From: Ignavibacteria bacterium
GTDB taxonomy: Bacteria > Bacteroidota > Ignavibacteria > Ignavibacteriales > SURF-24
Length of the DNA: 60,953 nucleotides
Reading direction: 5' to 3'
Assembly: GCA_037140715.1 (NCBI GenBank)
Contig: JBAXDX010000002.1
Coordinates: 1 to 60,953 of the forward strand
Shown piece after piece: positions 29,469-38,436 of this stretch (the stretch's first letter is position 1; every line of letters begins with the position of its first letter). Both the position numbers and the translations under genes were made by a program. Under the pieces are notes generated by a model that was given only the letters and a program-made list of their open reading frames with translations, had not been told where the DNA came from and did not search any database.

Positions 29469-31310
29469 ATGACAAAGAAACTAATCCTTCTGTTCTTAAT
29501 AGTTATGCTGGCGGACAACTGTCATGCCCAGGAACTTTCAAAACTGCGGATTTCCGGTAAAGCCGAACGAATGCCGGGCGAACTGATTGACAGGGATGTC
29601 AGGGATATCAACGGAGAAGTCTGCGCAGGGATTATTGTAATAACGGATTTAACCGGCTTCGCTTATGCCTCCGGCAACAATATCGTAAAAATTAATTCCA
29701 CTACCCCGGGCAAAGACTTTATTTTCCTTTCCCCGGGCGAACGCTTCCTGGAAATATTCTGCACAGGATTTGAACCAATGAAAATTATACTTAATGAGTA
29801 TGGTATCAGACTGCATAGTGGAGAAGTCTGGCAGATTAAGGTTACGGGAGATAAAAAGCCCGATGTTTTCCCAATTAATATTATTACCGAACCCAAAGGC
29901 GCAGAGGTATTTATTGACAGTATATCCAAAGGAACCGGGACTACATTCGAAACAAGCGCAGGCGAACATTTCCTGCGGTTTGAACTGAAAGGCTATAAGA
30001 CGTTAAAAACTAAAGTTACCATATCAACAAAGAATATTTTATTTAATTATAAACTATCCGCCATAGAACAGGAAATAGTTGAAATACGATCATCTCCAAA
30101 CGAAGCTTCTATTTATTTAGATGGAATTTCAGAAGGAACAACAGATAACCAGATATTCCGCTTCTCGGGTAAATATAAATTGCGACTGACTAAGTCCGGC
30201 TATTTTGATGTCGAAAAGGAAATCGAAGTAAAGGAAGAAGTCCCAAACAGATTCTTTTTCACACTTGTTAAAAATATGTCAACTTTGAAGCTGAATATAA
30301 TTCCTTCTGACGCAGAGGTGGAAATTAATAATAAAAATTACGGAGAAGCAAGGGAAATAGAACTTGCCCCAGGCAGTCATCAGCTTGTAATAAAGAAAAC
30401 CGGATACAGAGAATCAAGAGAAACAATAACACTCGCGCTAAATCAGCCTGCAACAAAAACAATTACGCTTGAACCTTTAACCGGCAGTTTACAGGTAAAA
30501 GTAACGCCAATTGAAGCTGAAGTAAATCTGTTGAAAAACGGACAGATAATTGAAAACTGGAAGGGTGCTAAAAATATCAGAAACCTGATTATCGGAAGTT
30601 ATGAGCTTGAAATAAGGCTGGATGGCTATGAAAAAAATACTAAAAATATAGAAATAAGAGAGGGCAGAACTACGGCTGAAGAGATAATATTAAAAAAAAC
30701 AGAGAAAATAATTCCCTTAACTTCAAACATTCCGGAATCATGCCCTCCAGTCATAAATTATGCGGGTAAAATATATAATATAGCTCAGATAGGCAGTCAG
30801 TTTTGGCTAAAAGAAAACCTTGATGTTGGAACAATGACAGATGTAAAACAAAATCAGAGCAACGATGGAAGAATAGAGAAGTATTGTTATAATAATGACC
30901 CGGGTAATTGCACAAAATATGGCGGTTTATATCAGTGGAATGAAGCTATGGCTTACAGCGCCGTGCCCAGAACGAAGGGTATCTGTCCGGCTGGCTGGCA
31001 TATACCAACCCAGTCAGAATTAAAAATATTGAAAACGTCAGTAAATGGCAGCGCATTAAAAGCAAAGGGACAAGGAACAGGCAGCGCGGCAGGCACAAAC
31101 ACAAGCGGTTTTTCTGCGTTGCTTGCCGGCTGCCGTTATAACTATGGGTACTTTTACTTTTTAGCCGACCAGACTTACTTCTGGAGTTCCACAGATTACT
31201 TTGACACTAATGCGTACTCCATGAACCTGATAGGAGATGACAAAAAAATCTATCTGAACGACTATGACAAGAGTTATGGCTTCAGTATCAGGTGCCTCAG
31301 GGATAATTAG
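29469..31310 (+). CDS. Secreted PEGA-repeat protein with a C-terminal FISUMP domain, paralogue 2
   Basis: Same architecture as 27545..29377. Nucleotides 29531-29794 are identical to 27604-27867, and identity falls towards the 3' end. Confidence 0.85.
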   Translation: MTKKLILLFLIVMLADNCHAQELSKLRISGKAERMPGELIDRDVRDINGEVCAGIIVITDLTGFAYASGNNIVKINSTTPGKDFIFLSPGERFLEIFCTGFEPMKIILNEYGIRLHSGEVWQIKVTGDKKPDVFPINIITEPKGAEVFIDSISKGTGTTFETSAGEHFLRFELKGYKTLKTKVTISTKNILFNYKLSAIEQEIVEIRSSPNEASIYLDGISEGTTDNQIFRFSGKYKLRLTKSGYFDVEKEIEVKEEVPNRFFFTLVKNMSTLKLNIIPSDAEVEINNKNYGEAREIELAPGSHQLVIKKTGYRESRETITLALNQPATKTITLEPLTGSLQVKVTPIEAEVNLLKNGQIIENWKGAKNIRNLIIGSYELEIRLDGYEKNTKNIEIREGRTTAEEIILKKTEKIIPLTSNIPESCPPVINYAGKIYNIAQIGSQFWLKENLDVGTMTDVKQNQSNDGRIEKYCYNNDPGNCTKYGGLYQWNEAMAYSAVPRTKGICPAGWHIPTQSELKILKTSVNGSALKAKGQGTGSAAGTNTSGFSALLAGCRYNYGYFYFLADQTYFWSSTDYFDTNAYSMNLIGDDKKIYLNDYDKSYGFSIRCLRDN

Positions 31311-31338
31311 ACTGCCGGTCAGCGCTGATTAGTTCTTT

Positions 31339-32607
31339 TTACTTTTTAATTGAAGAGTCAAGTATCGCAGCGAAAGCTTCGGAAATATTGCGTCTGTCGT
31401 ATTTCTTTATTACTTCCAAATTAGTCTTAAACGACTTTGCATTCCCAAAAAACCCGGAAGCCGAATCGTTATAATTAAAACACCTCCCTGCATTGGCATC
31501 CGTAAGTATCTCTCTGACCTCATCATTGTCATCACCGAAAGCAATGACAGGGCGGCCTGTTCTCAGATATTCGAAGAGCTTGCCCGGCACGTGGCGCTTT
31601 TCCGATGCGCATACAAGCAAATACGTTGCCCGGCTCATCTCCATCGCAGCTTCATCATAAGGAAGAAAGCCCAGATACTGAGTCCTGTCTTCCAGTCCCA
31701 GCTCTTTTAATGTCTGTTTTATTTGAGGTCCCACAGTCCCGATGAATTTTATTCGCAGATTTCGTCCCGAATCAATCTCGCTTTTAACTGTGCGCCAAAA
31801 ATTTGGCTGGTTCTGATAGTCAAATATATTGCCCGCGTGAAGGATCGTTTCCTCATCCGAATCAACAGACTCCGGTCTAAGACAGGAGAAACTTTCCTCA
31901 TTATAACCCCAGTAAAGCACGCTCGACTTCTCCTTCAGCCACGGATATTTTTTGATAAAATCTTCTTCGGTATTTCTTGTTACGAAAATAACACGGGAGG
32001 CTTCCCGCATAATGCTTCTTTCGAAATAGTTGTCAAGCATAAGCACAAGAAAATTCCTTTTGAAGTCCTTGTAATATACAATATCCACCCACGGATCAAT
32101 CAGCACCGGTATGTGCGGTATTTGAAATAACCGGCTTAAGCTCCTGCCAATAAGGTGTGTGCTGTGAGGCGGACCAATCGTAACAATTACTTGAGCATTA
32201 ATTTGCTTTAAGAACCGCCTGCCTTTAATAACACCCTGCCGGTACCAGCCGACTCTTGCGTCAGGCACGAAGAGATTCATCCTTATCCAGATTGATATGC
32301 GATGCTTCAGACTTTTGTTCATCTTTGATATTGTCTCTGAAGCCGTCAATGGTTCGGAGGAAGCCTTTCCGAGAAATTTCCGGTAAAAAGTAAACGGGTC
32401 AAAATACCCAGTCTTCAGGACTTCAAGCTTCGGATCAATTTCTTTTAACAGGCTCTCATCAACAGCCGAAAAGGTATCCTCACTTACGGTCATAACGGCG
32501 GGTTGCCAGCTAAACTCCGGCAGGTGTTTAATAATCTTAAGTGGCCAATGAAGCGTAGCTTTCCCCGATGGAGGCCAGTAGAATGTAATAAATAATACGT
32601 TTTTCAT
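31339..32607 (-). CDS. GT-B fold glycosyltransferase (GT4-like), paralogue of 49659..50939
   Basis: N-terminus VLFITFYWPPSG.. and C-terminal HVPGKLFEYLRTGRPVIAF (EX7E-like) mirror VLVIAYYFPPMG.. and TPGKLFEYFGARKPIIAC in the other gene. Confidence 0.65.
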   Translation of the reverse strand: MKNVLFITFYWPPSGKATLHWPLKIIKHLPEFSWQPAVMTVSEDTFSAVDESLLKEIDPKLEVLKTGYFDPFTFYRKFLGKASSEPLTASETISKMNKSLKHRISIWIRMNLFVPDARVGWYRQGVIKGRRFLKQINAQVIVTIGPPHSTHLIGRSLSRLFQIPHIPVLIDPWVDIVYYKDFKRNFLVLMLDNYFERSIMREASRVIFVTRNTEEDFIKKYPWLKEKSSVLYWGYNEESFSCLRPESVDSDEETILHAGNIFDYQNQPNFWRTVKSEIDSGRNLRIKFIGTVGPQIKQTLKELGLEDRTQYLGFLPYDEAAMEMSRATYLLVCASEKRHVPGKLFEYLRTGRPVIAFGDDNDEVREILTDANAGRCFNYNDSASGFFGNAKSFKTNLEVIKKYDRRNISEAFAAILDSSIKK

Positions 32608-32755
32608 TTTAACTGTCCATAAAAATAATGTGCAAATTTAACAAATTCCTTTTTAAGTAAGAATAAAAGTCCGCTGTATGTCTTTAATCTAACAATTATT
32701 GATTATTTTAGTGCAGATGATAAATCAAATTATAATTAGCGGAGAACAGGTACAA

Positions 32756-33919
32756 ATGGAACAGAATAAATCACACTTTTCGGCATCTACGGCATTCTTT
32801 ATTAATCTTATGGGCATAGTAGTAATTTTTATGTTGCTTAAAGAACTTTCCGAGATATTTGTTCCGCTCGTAATAGCATACTTCCTCTTTTTTGTCTTTA
32901 TGCCTTTGAACAACCTGCTTACAAAAAAGAAAATACCTCAGGCTGTGCAGATTGTAGTTGATCTGCTAATAATCATAATACTTTTTGGCGGAATATCATC
33001 TGTAATAATCGATTCATTCAGCCGTCTTGGACAGGAGTTGCCAGGTTATGAGACCAAGCTTAACGACATTGTTTCAAATACTGCGGCTTCCTTTGGCGTA
33101 AAGGACCCGCATTTCCTTAATTTCAGGATATCCAATGTTCTGACGGGACTTGATTACGGACTGCTTGCCGGCAATATATTCTCCTCTACATTTTCATTGA
33201 TCGGAACAATATTTTTCGTGCTTTTCTTCTTCATATTTGTTTTCACCGGACATACAAATATATACAAGGCTATTTGCAAACGATATCTTATAAGCCATAT
33301 TAACTCCACAGAACTAAATAAGACTCATAAAGAAAGAACAACCCTGACTGAAACTCCTGATAAAATGAAAACCGAAGAGATAATTACAGAAACAGAGGGT
33401 AATAACGAACTAAATAAGAAAAAAGAAATACTATTGCAGGATACGTTGCAGGAGATTACGAATCAGATACAGAAATATGTAACAGCTAAATTCGCTATCA
33501 GTCTCGCAGTAAGTATTTCAACCGGAATAGTCCTGTTGCTCTTTAAGGTTGATTTTGTAATTGTATGGTCAGTACTTACATTTTCGTTAAATTTTATTCC
33601 TAATATCGGATCTCTGATTGCCGTAGCGCTCCCTTTTCTGATAGCTCTTGTACAGTTTGGTTCCGCAGGATATGCTTTGATGATAGCTGCCATACTAATA
33701 ATCATTCATAACATATTCGGTAATATAATAGAACCTAAGATATTTGGACGCCGTCTGGGGTTAAATCCCCTTGTTATACTTCTTTCATTATTACTTTGGG
33801 GTTATATCTGGGGAATAGTCGGAGCACTTCTTTCCGTGCCGCTTACCGCTATTCTTAAAATTATAATATCCCGTTCCGATTCTCCCAATCTTCAGTTTAT
33901 CAGTGATTTGATGAGTTAA
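32756..33919 (+). CDS. AI-2E family transporter (PerM/UPF0118)
   Basis: Multi-TM protein with the conserved C-terminal region IPNIGSLIAV..FGNIIEPKIFGRRLGLNPLVILLSLLLWGYIWGIVGALLSVPLT. The ATG at 32756 is preceded by GGAGA. A ~50-aa charged insertion sits mid-protein. Confidence 0.85.
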   Translation: MEQNKSHFSASTAFFINLMGIVVIFMLLKELSEIFVPLVIAYFLFFVFMPLNNLLTKKKIPQAVQIVVDLLIIIILFGGISSVIIDSFSRLGQELPGYETKLNDIVSNTAASFGVKDPHFLNFRISNVLTGLDYGLLAGNIFSSTFSLIGTIFFVLFFFIFVFTGHTNIYKAICKRYLISHINSTELNKTHKERTTLTETPDKMKTEEIITETEGNNELNKKKEILLQDTLQEITNQIQKYVTAKFAISLAVSISTGIVLLLFKVDFVIVWSVLTFSLNFIPNIGSLIAVALPFLIALVQFGSAGYALMIAAILIIIHNIFGNIIEPKIFGRRLGLNPLVILLSLLLWGYIWGIVGALLSVPLTAILKIIISRSDSPNLQFISDLMS

Positions 33920-33988
33920 TCCATTTAATATTAAACTCCGCACCGGAAAGAAATAAAATAAGCCTGTCTTTTAGAAGCAATTGCAAAA

Positions 33989-35080
33989 TTATAGTTTGTC
34001 ATAGCTGAATATTTCTTTCCCTGTTACTTTCTGCCGCCAGTTGTACAGGTACTTTCCGCTTATCATCGTAATAACCATAAAAAAGACTCCCGCAATTACG
34101 TCAATCACGTAATGATATCTCAGGTAAACAGTTGCAAAGATTAACAGCGTACCGGCCGGAATTAGGAAATACTTCGATTTTACGTTAAATCTGAACGATA
34201 AATACATCACGATTAGTGTCATCTGAGTATGACCGCTCGGAAAAACATCTCTCTGAACTACTGCCTCCGGGTTGATTGTGCCATACGGAATAGATTCTCC
34301 GGTATTTATAGCTTCCCGTAAAAAATTAGTAATAAAAAGTCCCGGCAAATCGGTATTCATACCGGAAAAATCATGAAGCGCAAACCTTGGCCCGATTGCC
34401 GGCAAAAAGAAATAGCCGATATATGAAAGAAAGAACCCGTAAACCACAGCAAACAGACTAAAATCCAAAGCAGGTTTTCTATTCTGCATATAAAGATTAA
34501 TGCCCAGAATAACCGGAAGCACATAAAATGAAGTATAAGCAAACTGCAAAAGTTCAGTTAATAAAGGATTGGCTATTTTTTGAAGAACCACAGTTGCATC
34601 ACAGCCAAGCAGAAACCGGTCAGCTTTAATCAGCAGATAATCATAGTCATGCACCCTTATCGGCTTTATCATTAAATAAAGTTCTTTGAAGGTCAGAAGT
34701 ATAAGTGGCGCAAGATACCAGTAACGCAGGGAACTCCAGAATCTGCTTTTACCTGTCTCATCATTTTTTGCCATAAGCAGTACTAAAGAAATCACTCCCA
34801 TGTTAACAATAATCAAAATGAACCATTCATTTACTCTTGAATAAAAAATAACATTAAGCAATGTCAGGAAAAGATAGAACCCGATAACTATTATATCAGT
34901 AATGCTGAGCTTCAACAGGAACGCTTCACCGGCTTTTTTCGCATTGTGGAATGTAAACACCAGACTGCCTCTTCCAGAAATTTTGTCGTTTGTTATTTCA
35001 ATTTTGTCAATTTGCGATTGGCGTTTACGTCTGTTTTTTTGCATCTTTGTTTCACCTTTTGGGTTGTTTATTTTTATCAT
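33989..35080 (-). CDS. PAP2-superfamily membrane protein (lipid phosphatase / phosphotransferase-like)
   Basis: Multi-TM protein with PAP2 motifs FPSGHTQM and LRYHYVIDVIAG. Confidence 0.7.
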   Translation of the reverse strand: MIKINNPKGETKMQKNRRKRQSQIDKIEITNDKISGRGSLVFTFHNAKKAGEAFLLKLSITDIIVIGFYLFLTLLNVIFYSRVNEWFILIIVNMGVISLVLLMAKNDETGKSRFWSSLRYWYLAPLILLTFKELYLMIKPIRVHDYDYLLIKADRFLLGCDATVVLQKIANPLLTELLQFAYTSFYVLPVILGINLYMQNRKPALDFSLFAVVYGFFLSYIGYFFLPAIGPRFALHDFSGMNTDLPGLFITNFLREAINTGESIPYGTINPEAVVQRDVFPSGHTQMTLIVMYLSFRFNVKSKYFLIPAGTLLIFATVYLRYHYVIDVIAGVFFMVITMISGKYLYNWRQKVTGKEIFSYDKL

Positions 35081-35231
35081 TTAATCTTACAAATGTAATA
35101 TTTTTATAGCGCTTTAAACACCTGAAAGTTTTTTTATTTTGGTTTATCGCTCAATTCACGTTCTAATATAGCAGACGCGATAACAAATTGAAAAGGCTGT
35201 TTTCGAAAACAAAGAAGTTAAGGGAGATAAA

Positions 35232-35813
35232 TTGAAAGAAATCATTTTTGCATCCGGCAATAAGGGAAAAATTGCAGAAGTAAAAGGTATTTTCAGCGGA
35301 ACGGATTATCAAATTATTTCATTATATGACCTCGGAGCTGTCCCTGATATAATTGAAGACGGGGATACATTCGAAGAAAATGCGAAGATTAAGGCTAAGT
35401 TCATATTTGATATTTATAAACGCCCGGTTATCGCAGATGATTCGGGACTGACGGTCGAACAATTACATGGCGCCCCCGGAGTTTATTCAGCCAGATATGC
35501 CGGAGAAAATTGCACTTACCTGGATAATAATTTAAAGCTTATTAATGCTCTTAAAGATTTACCTGACCCTCACAAAGCCAAATTCGTTTGCTGTGCGGTT
35601 TATCTCGATAATAAAAATTATTATCATCAGACAGGCGAACTGTCAGGCAGGATTATTTCAGAGTTAAAAGGCTCAAACGGTTTTGGTTATGACCCCGTAT
35701 TTATCGCAGACAGATTTGAACAGACACTTGCAGAAATGGACAGTAGTCAAAAAAATAAGATGAGTCACCGTGCATTAGCTTTTAACAAGCTTAAAGAAGT
35801 ACTTATAAAGTAG
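35232..35813 (+). CDS. rdgB: dITP/XTP pyrophosphatase (RdgB/HAM1 family)
   Basis: IIFASGNKGKIAE, ADDSGL.V..L.GAPGVYSARYAG, GSNGFGYDPVF, SHRALAF. TTG start. Confidence 0.9.
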   Translation: MKEIIFASGNKGKIAEVKGIFSGTDYQIISLYDLGAVPDIIEDGDTFEENAKIKAKFIFDIYKRPVIADDSGLTVEQLHGAPGVYSARYAGENCTYLDNNLKLINALKDLPDPHKAKFVCCAVYLDNKNYYHQTGELSGRIISELKGSNGFGYDPVFIADRFEQTLAEMDSSQKNKMSHRALAFNKLKEVLIK

Positions 35814-35846
35814 GATTGTTATAGGGCAAAGATAATTATCGGCGTT

Positions 35847-36527
35847 TTACTTCGTTGCTATAACTACCTGAACCAAACCAAAAGTCAGAGAATACGATTT
35901 GACATTGCTGTAGCCTGCCTTATTAAATAAATCAATAAGTTTTACATTTTTATCAAACTCCTCAACGGAATCCGGCAAATAAGTATAGGCATCCTTATCC
36001 CTGGAAATTATTCTGCCAATCAATGGCAGTACGCGCTTGAAATATATCTGATAAAGATGTCTGAGAACAGGATTAGCAGGAAGCCTGAATTCCAGTATTG
36101 TCGTCTTGCCGCCAGATTTCAGAATACGATAGAATGACTCAAGGGATTTAGGGATATCGTAAAAATTCCTGACTCCGAAAGCGACAGTAATATTTGTTAT
36201 TGAATCAGCCTTAACCGGACAGTACTCGGCAACCATCTGAATAATATTCCCTTTAGAAAAGTCAGCTTTATTGTAAAAAAGCTTCAGCATTTCACGGGAT
36301 AAATCCGCGCCGAAAATTTTCCTTACGCCCATCTTACGCGCCGTAATGGCAAAATCGCCAGTACCGCAGGCTACATCAAGTAAGATAGCGTCTTTCTTTA
36401 TTCCTGTAAGATTAAGAGCGCGTTTACGCCAGTAAATGTCCAATCCAAAGCTAAGGAGATGGTTTAAAAGATCATACCTGAATGCAATTGCATCGAACAT
36501 TTTTCGTACCTGGTTCTTTTTATTCAT
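35847..36527 (-). CDS. ubiE: Demethylmenaquinone / ubiquinone C-methyltransferase
   Basis: VRKMFDAIAFRYDLLNHLLSFGLDIYWR, SAM motif LDVACGTGD, FGVRN, typical of UbiE/MenG. Confidence 0.88.
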   Translation of the reverse strand: MNKKNQVRKMFDAIAFRYDLLNHLLSFGLDIYWRKRALNLTGIKKDAILLDVACGTGDFAITARKMGVRKIFGADLSREMLKLFYNKADFSKGNIIQMVAEYCPVKADSITNITVAFGVRNFYDIPKSLESFYRILKSGGKTTILEFRLPANPVLRHLYQIYFKRVLPLIGRIISRDKDAYTYLPDSVEEFDKNVKLIDLFNKAGYSNVKSYSLTFGLVQVVIATK

Positions 36528-37402
36528 TATAGTCCAATCTGCATAGCTAAACCGCCGCCGTATGGGGTAAATGAAGGATATAAAAGTAAAGTCTGGTTTT
36601 CCTTATCTCCCGTTTCGCCATAATTCACAATCGCCCTGCCGACAAATGTCCCTATCGAAGCACCTATTATAGTATCTGATACCCAGTGTTTATCATCATA
36701 AATCCTCTGAAATACCGTAAGACCCGCAAGTCCGTATAATCCTATTGAAGCATAAAGATTATCAATTCTGGAAGCAAGAACAGATGAGACAGCAAAAGCT
36801 ACAGTTGCGTGCCCCGAAGGAAGCGAGGTGGTTTCTGTCTTAAATTGAAAACCCCTGTAGTGGGACGCTCCTTCATCTGTATAAGGTCTGCTCCTGCCTA
36901 TTACACTCTTTGATACTATAGTTATTATTCCTGCATAAACAAGCGTTTCAAAAAGCATTCTGCCGGTTTCTCTTACTTCATTATTGCCTGAAACCAGCCC
37001 GCCTGCATAAGCTAACCCTGAGATTATCGCTCCCGCATAAGCTTCTCCATAGGTTTTTCCTAAAATTGAAATATTATCTAACGTATGCGTGTGATTGCGA
37101 AGAGCTATATCCCTTATATTATTATCTGCCAGGAAAGCCAGCGCGGAACCGCCTATAACCGCGCCAAACGTCAGCCAGTTATCTGCCTTAAAATGTAGAG
37201 GAGCGCTGGCGAGCCTTGAACCATCATTCACCGCATAATTAAAATCGCTCTTAATCAAAATAGGGATTTTATTTTTCGTCATCTTTACTGATACGCTGTC
37301 ATTATTTCCCTGTGCATAAATATGACAACTGCCGCCGATCAATATGAAGAAGCTCAGTTGAAAAAACATACACATCATTGTAGCCGATAAATATTTCACC
37401 AT
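36527..37402 (-). CDS. Secreted or membrane PAP2-family phosphatase
   Basis: Signal peptide from the ATG at 37402. Complete PAP2 triad KSVIGRSRPY, LPSGHATVAF, QRIYDDKHWVSD. Confidence 0.75.
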   Translation of the reverse strand: MVKYLSATMMCMFFQLSFFILIGGSCHIYAQGNNDSVSVKMTKNKIPILIKSDFNYAVNDGSRLASAPLHFKADNWLTFGAVIGGSALAFLADNNIRDIALRNHTHTLDNISILGKTYGEAYAGAIISGLAYAGGLVSGNNEVRETGRMLFETLVYAGIITIVSKSVIGRSRPYTDEGASHYRGFQFKTETTSLPSGHATVAFAVSSVLASRIDNLYASIGLYGLAGLTVFQRIYDDKHWVSDTIIGASIGTFVGRAIVNYGETGDKENQTLLLYPSFTPYGGGLAMQIGL

Positions 37403-37422
37403 GATATTCTCTCCTGTTGATA

Positions 37423-37797
37423 TTATAAAAATTTCCCTGTCGCGGTGCCGGCCCAGGCCGACACAAGACAAACAACCGTAGTTCCCAATATATTAGCAAT
37501 CCCATAAAAATAATTTCCTTCCTGCAAAAGAGTTATAGTCTCAAAGCTGAAGGTTGAATATGTAGTCAGTCCGCCTAAGAATCCGACAGTAAGAAACATT
37601 CTCAGACCAGGGATAATGGCAAATCCTGCCTCGAAAAAAGTCATTAAAAATCCAATGAGAAAGCATCCGATTATGTTTACCGTTAATGTGCCATAAGGAA
37701 ATCCGGTTCCCATATAATGCGCAATTATTCCGGAAAGCCAGTAGCGGGTAACAGCTCCAATACCGCCCCCGATAAAAACAATAATAGCGTATTTCAA
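37423..37797 (-). CDS. crcB: Fluoride ion channel CrcB/FluC
   Basis: ~124 aa, FIGGGIGAVTRYWLS, GTLTVNIIGCFLIG, GFLGGLTTYSTF. TTG start at 37797 is preceded by GGAGA. The ORF-track start at 37899 would add an implausible 34 residues. Confidence 0.85.
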   Translation of the reverse strand: MKYAIIVFIGGGIGAVTRYWLSGIIAHYMGTGFPYGTLTVNIIGCFLIGFLMTFFEAGFAIIPGLRMFLTVGFLGGLTTYSTFSFETITLLQEGNYFYGIANILGTTVVCLVSAWAGTATGKFL

Positions 37798-38436
37798 TAT
37801 TTCTCCATATTGCACGAAGTTATACAGGGTGTTTAGATCGTTGTAAAAACAAAATCTAAGATTAAGGGATAAAAATAAACGGCTCAAAATGCGGGACAAA
37901 AGTGCAAAAAAGCAGACGTAAACACAAGTTACAAATTAATAAAATCGGGATAATGTTATAATTCGTTAAAAATGTCAGGGTGAAGACTCTTTAAGAATGT
38001 CAGTAAATAAGCCGGTTCAGAACCATCGGGTAGAAAGTGTGACATGAAAGAATATCTGACAATGAGCAAAAAAGAACAGAACCGGATGGCAGTAGCAATC
38101 AGACACATTCCAGCCCCTGTTTGTTGCCGGAGCTGACAACTAAAAGAAAAACTTGTCGTACACCTGGCAGAATTTAAGAACAAACTCAGAATTCCCCCTT
38201 GATGCGGGCTTCGCTTTTTTGATTCTCTGGCACAGGTATTCAAATTTGGATGCTTTTTTAACAAATTAAGCATAATATTATCAGATATTTTATTATTTTG
38301 CAGGTGAATTATTTAATACTTCTTTCTTCTGAATAAAAAAGATCTGGCGGGTATCGGGAACCAATCTTCTCCGGTCTTAATTTATCTATAGTAAGAAATT
38401 CAGTTTTGTTTTTATTATTAAAATTTCGAGTGAGCA

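Noticed and set aside
29100-31310. Diversity-generating retroelement (DGR) targeting the lectin-like C-termini of the FISUMP paralogues
   Set aside because: There is no reverse transcriptase or template repeat in the window. Differences between the two 3' ends involve all four bases rather than adenine-specific substitutions.
37798-38040. Fluoride riboswitch upstream of crcB
   Set aside because: The minus-strand leader lacks the GGnGAUGG / AACCGCC / CUGAUGA core. The nearest partial resemblance (cccGATGGttcTGAACCGGC.., reverse complement of ~38005-38030) is ~230 nt from the start and lacks the P3 hairpin and the CCUAC end.
38227-38243. Sigma-54 promoter TGGCAC-AGGTA-TTCA upstream of 38437
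   Set aside because: The -24 element is perfect, but the -12 position reads CA instead of the near-invariant GC, and it lies 200 nt from the ATG.
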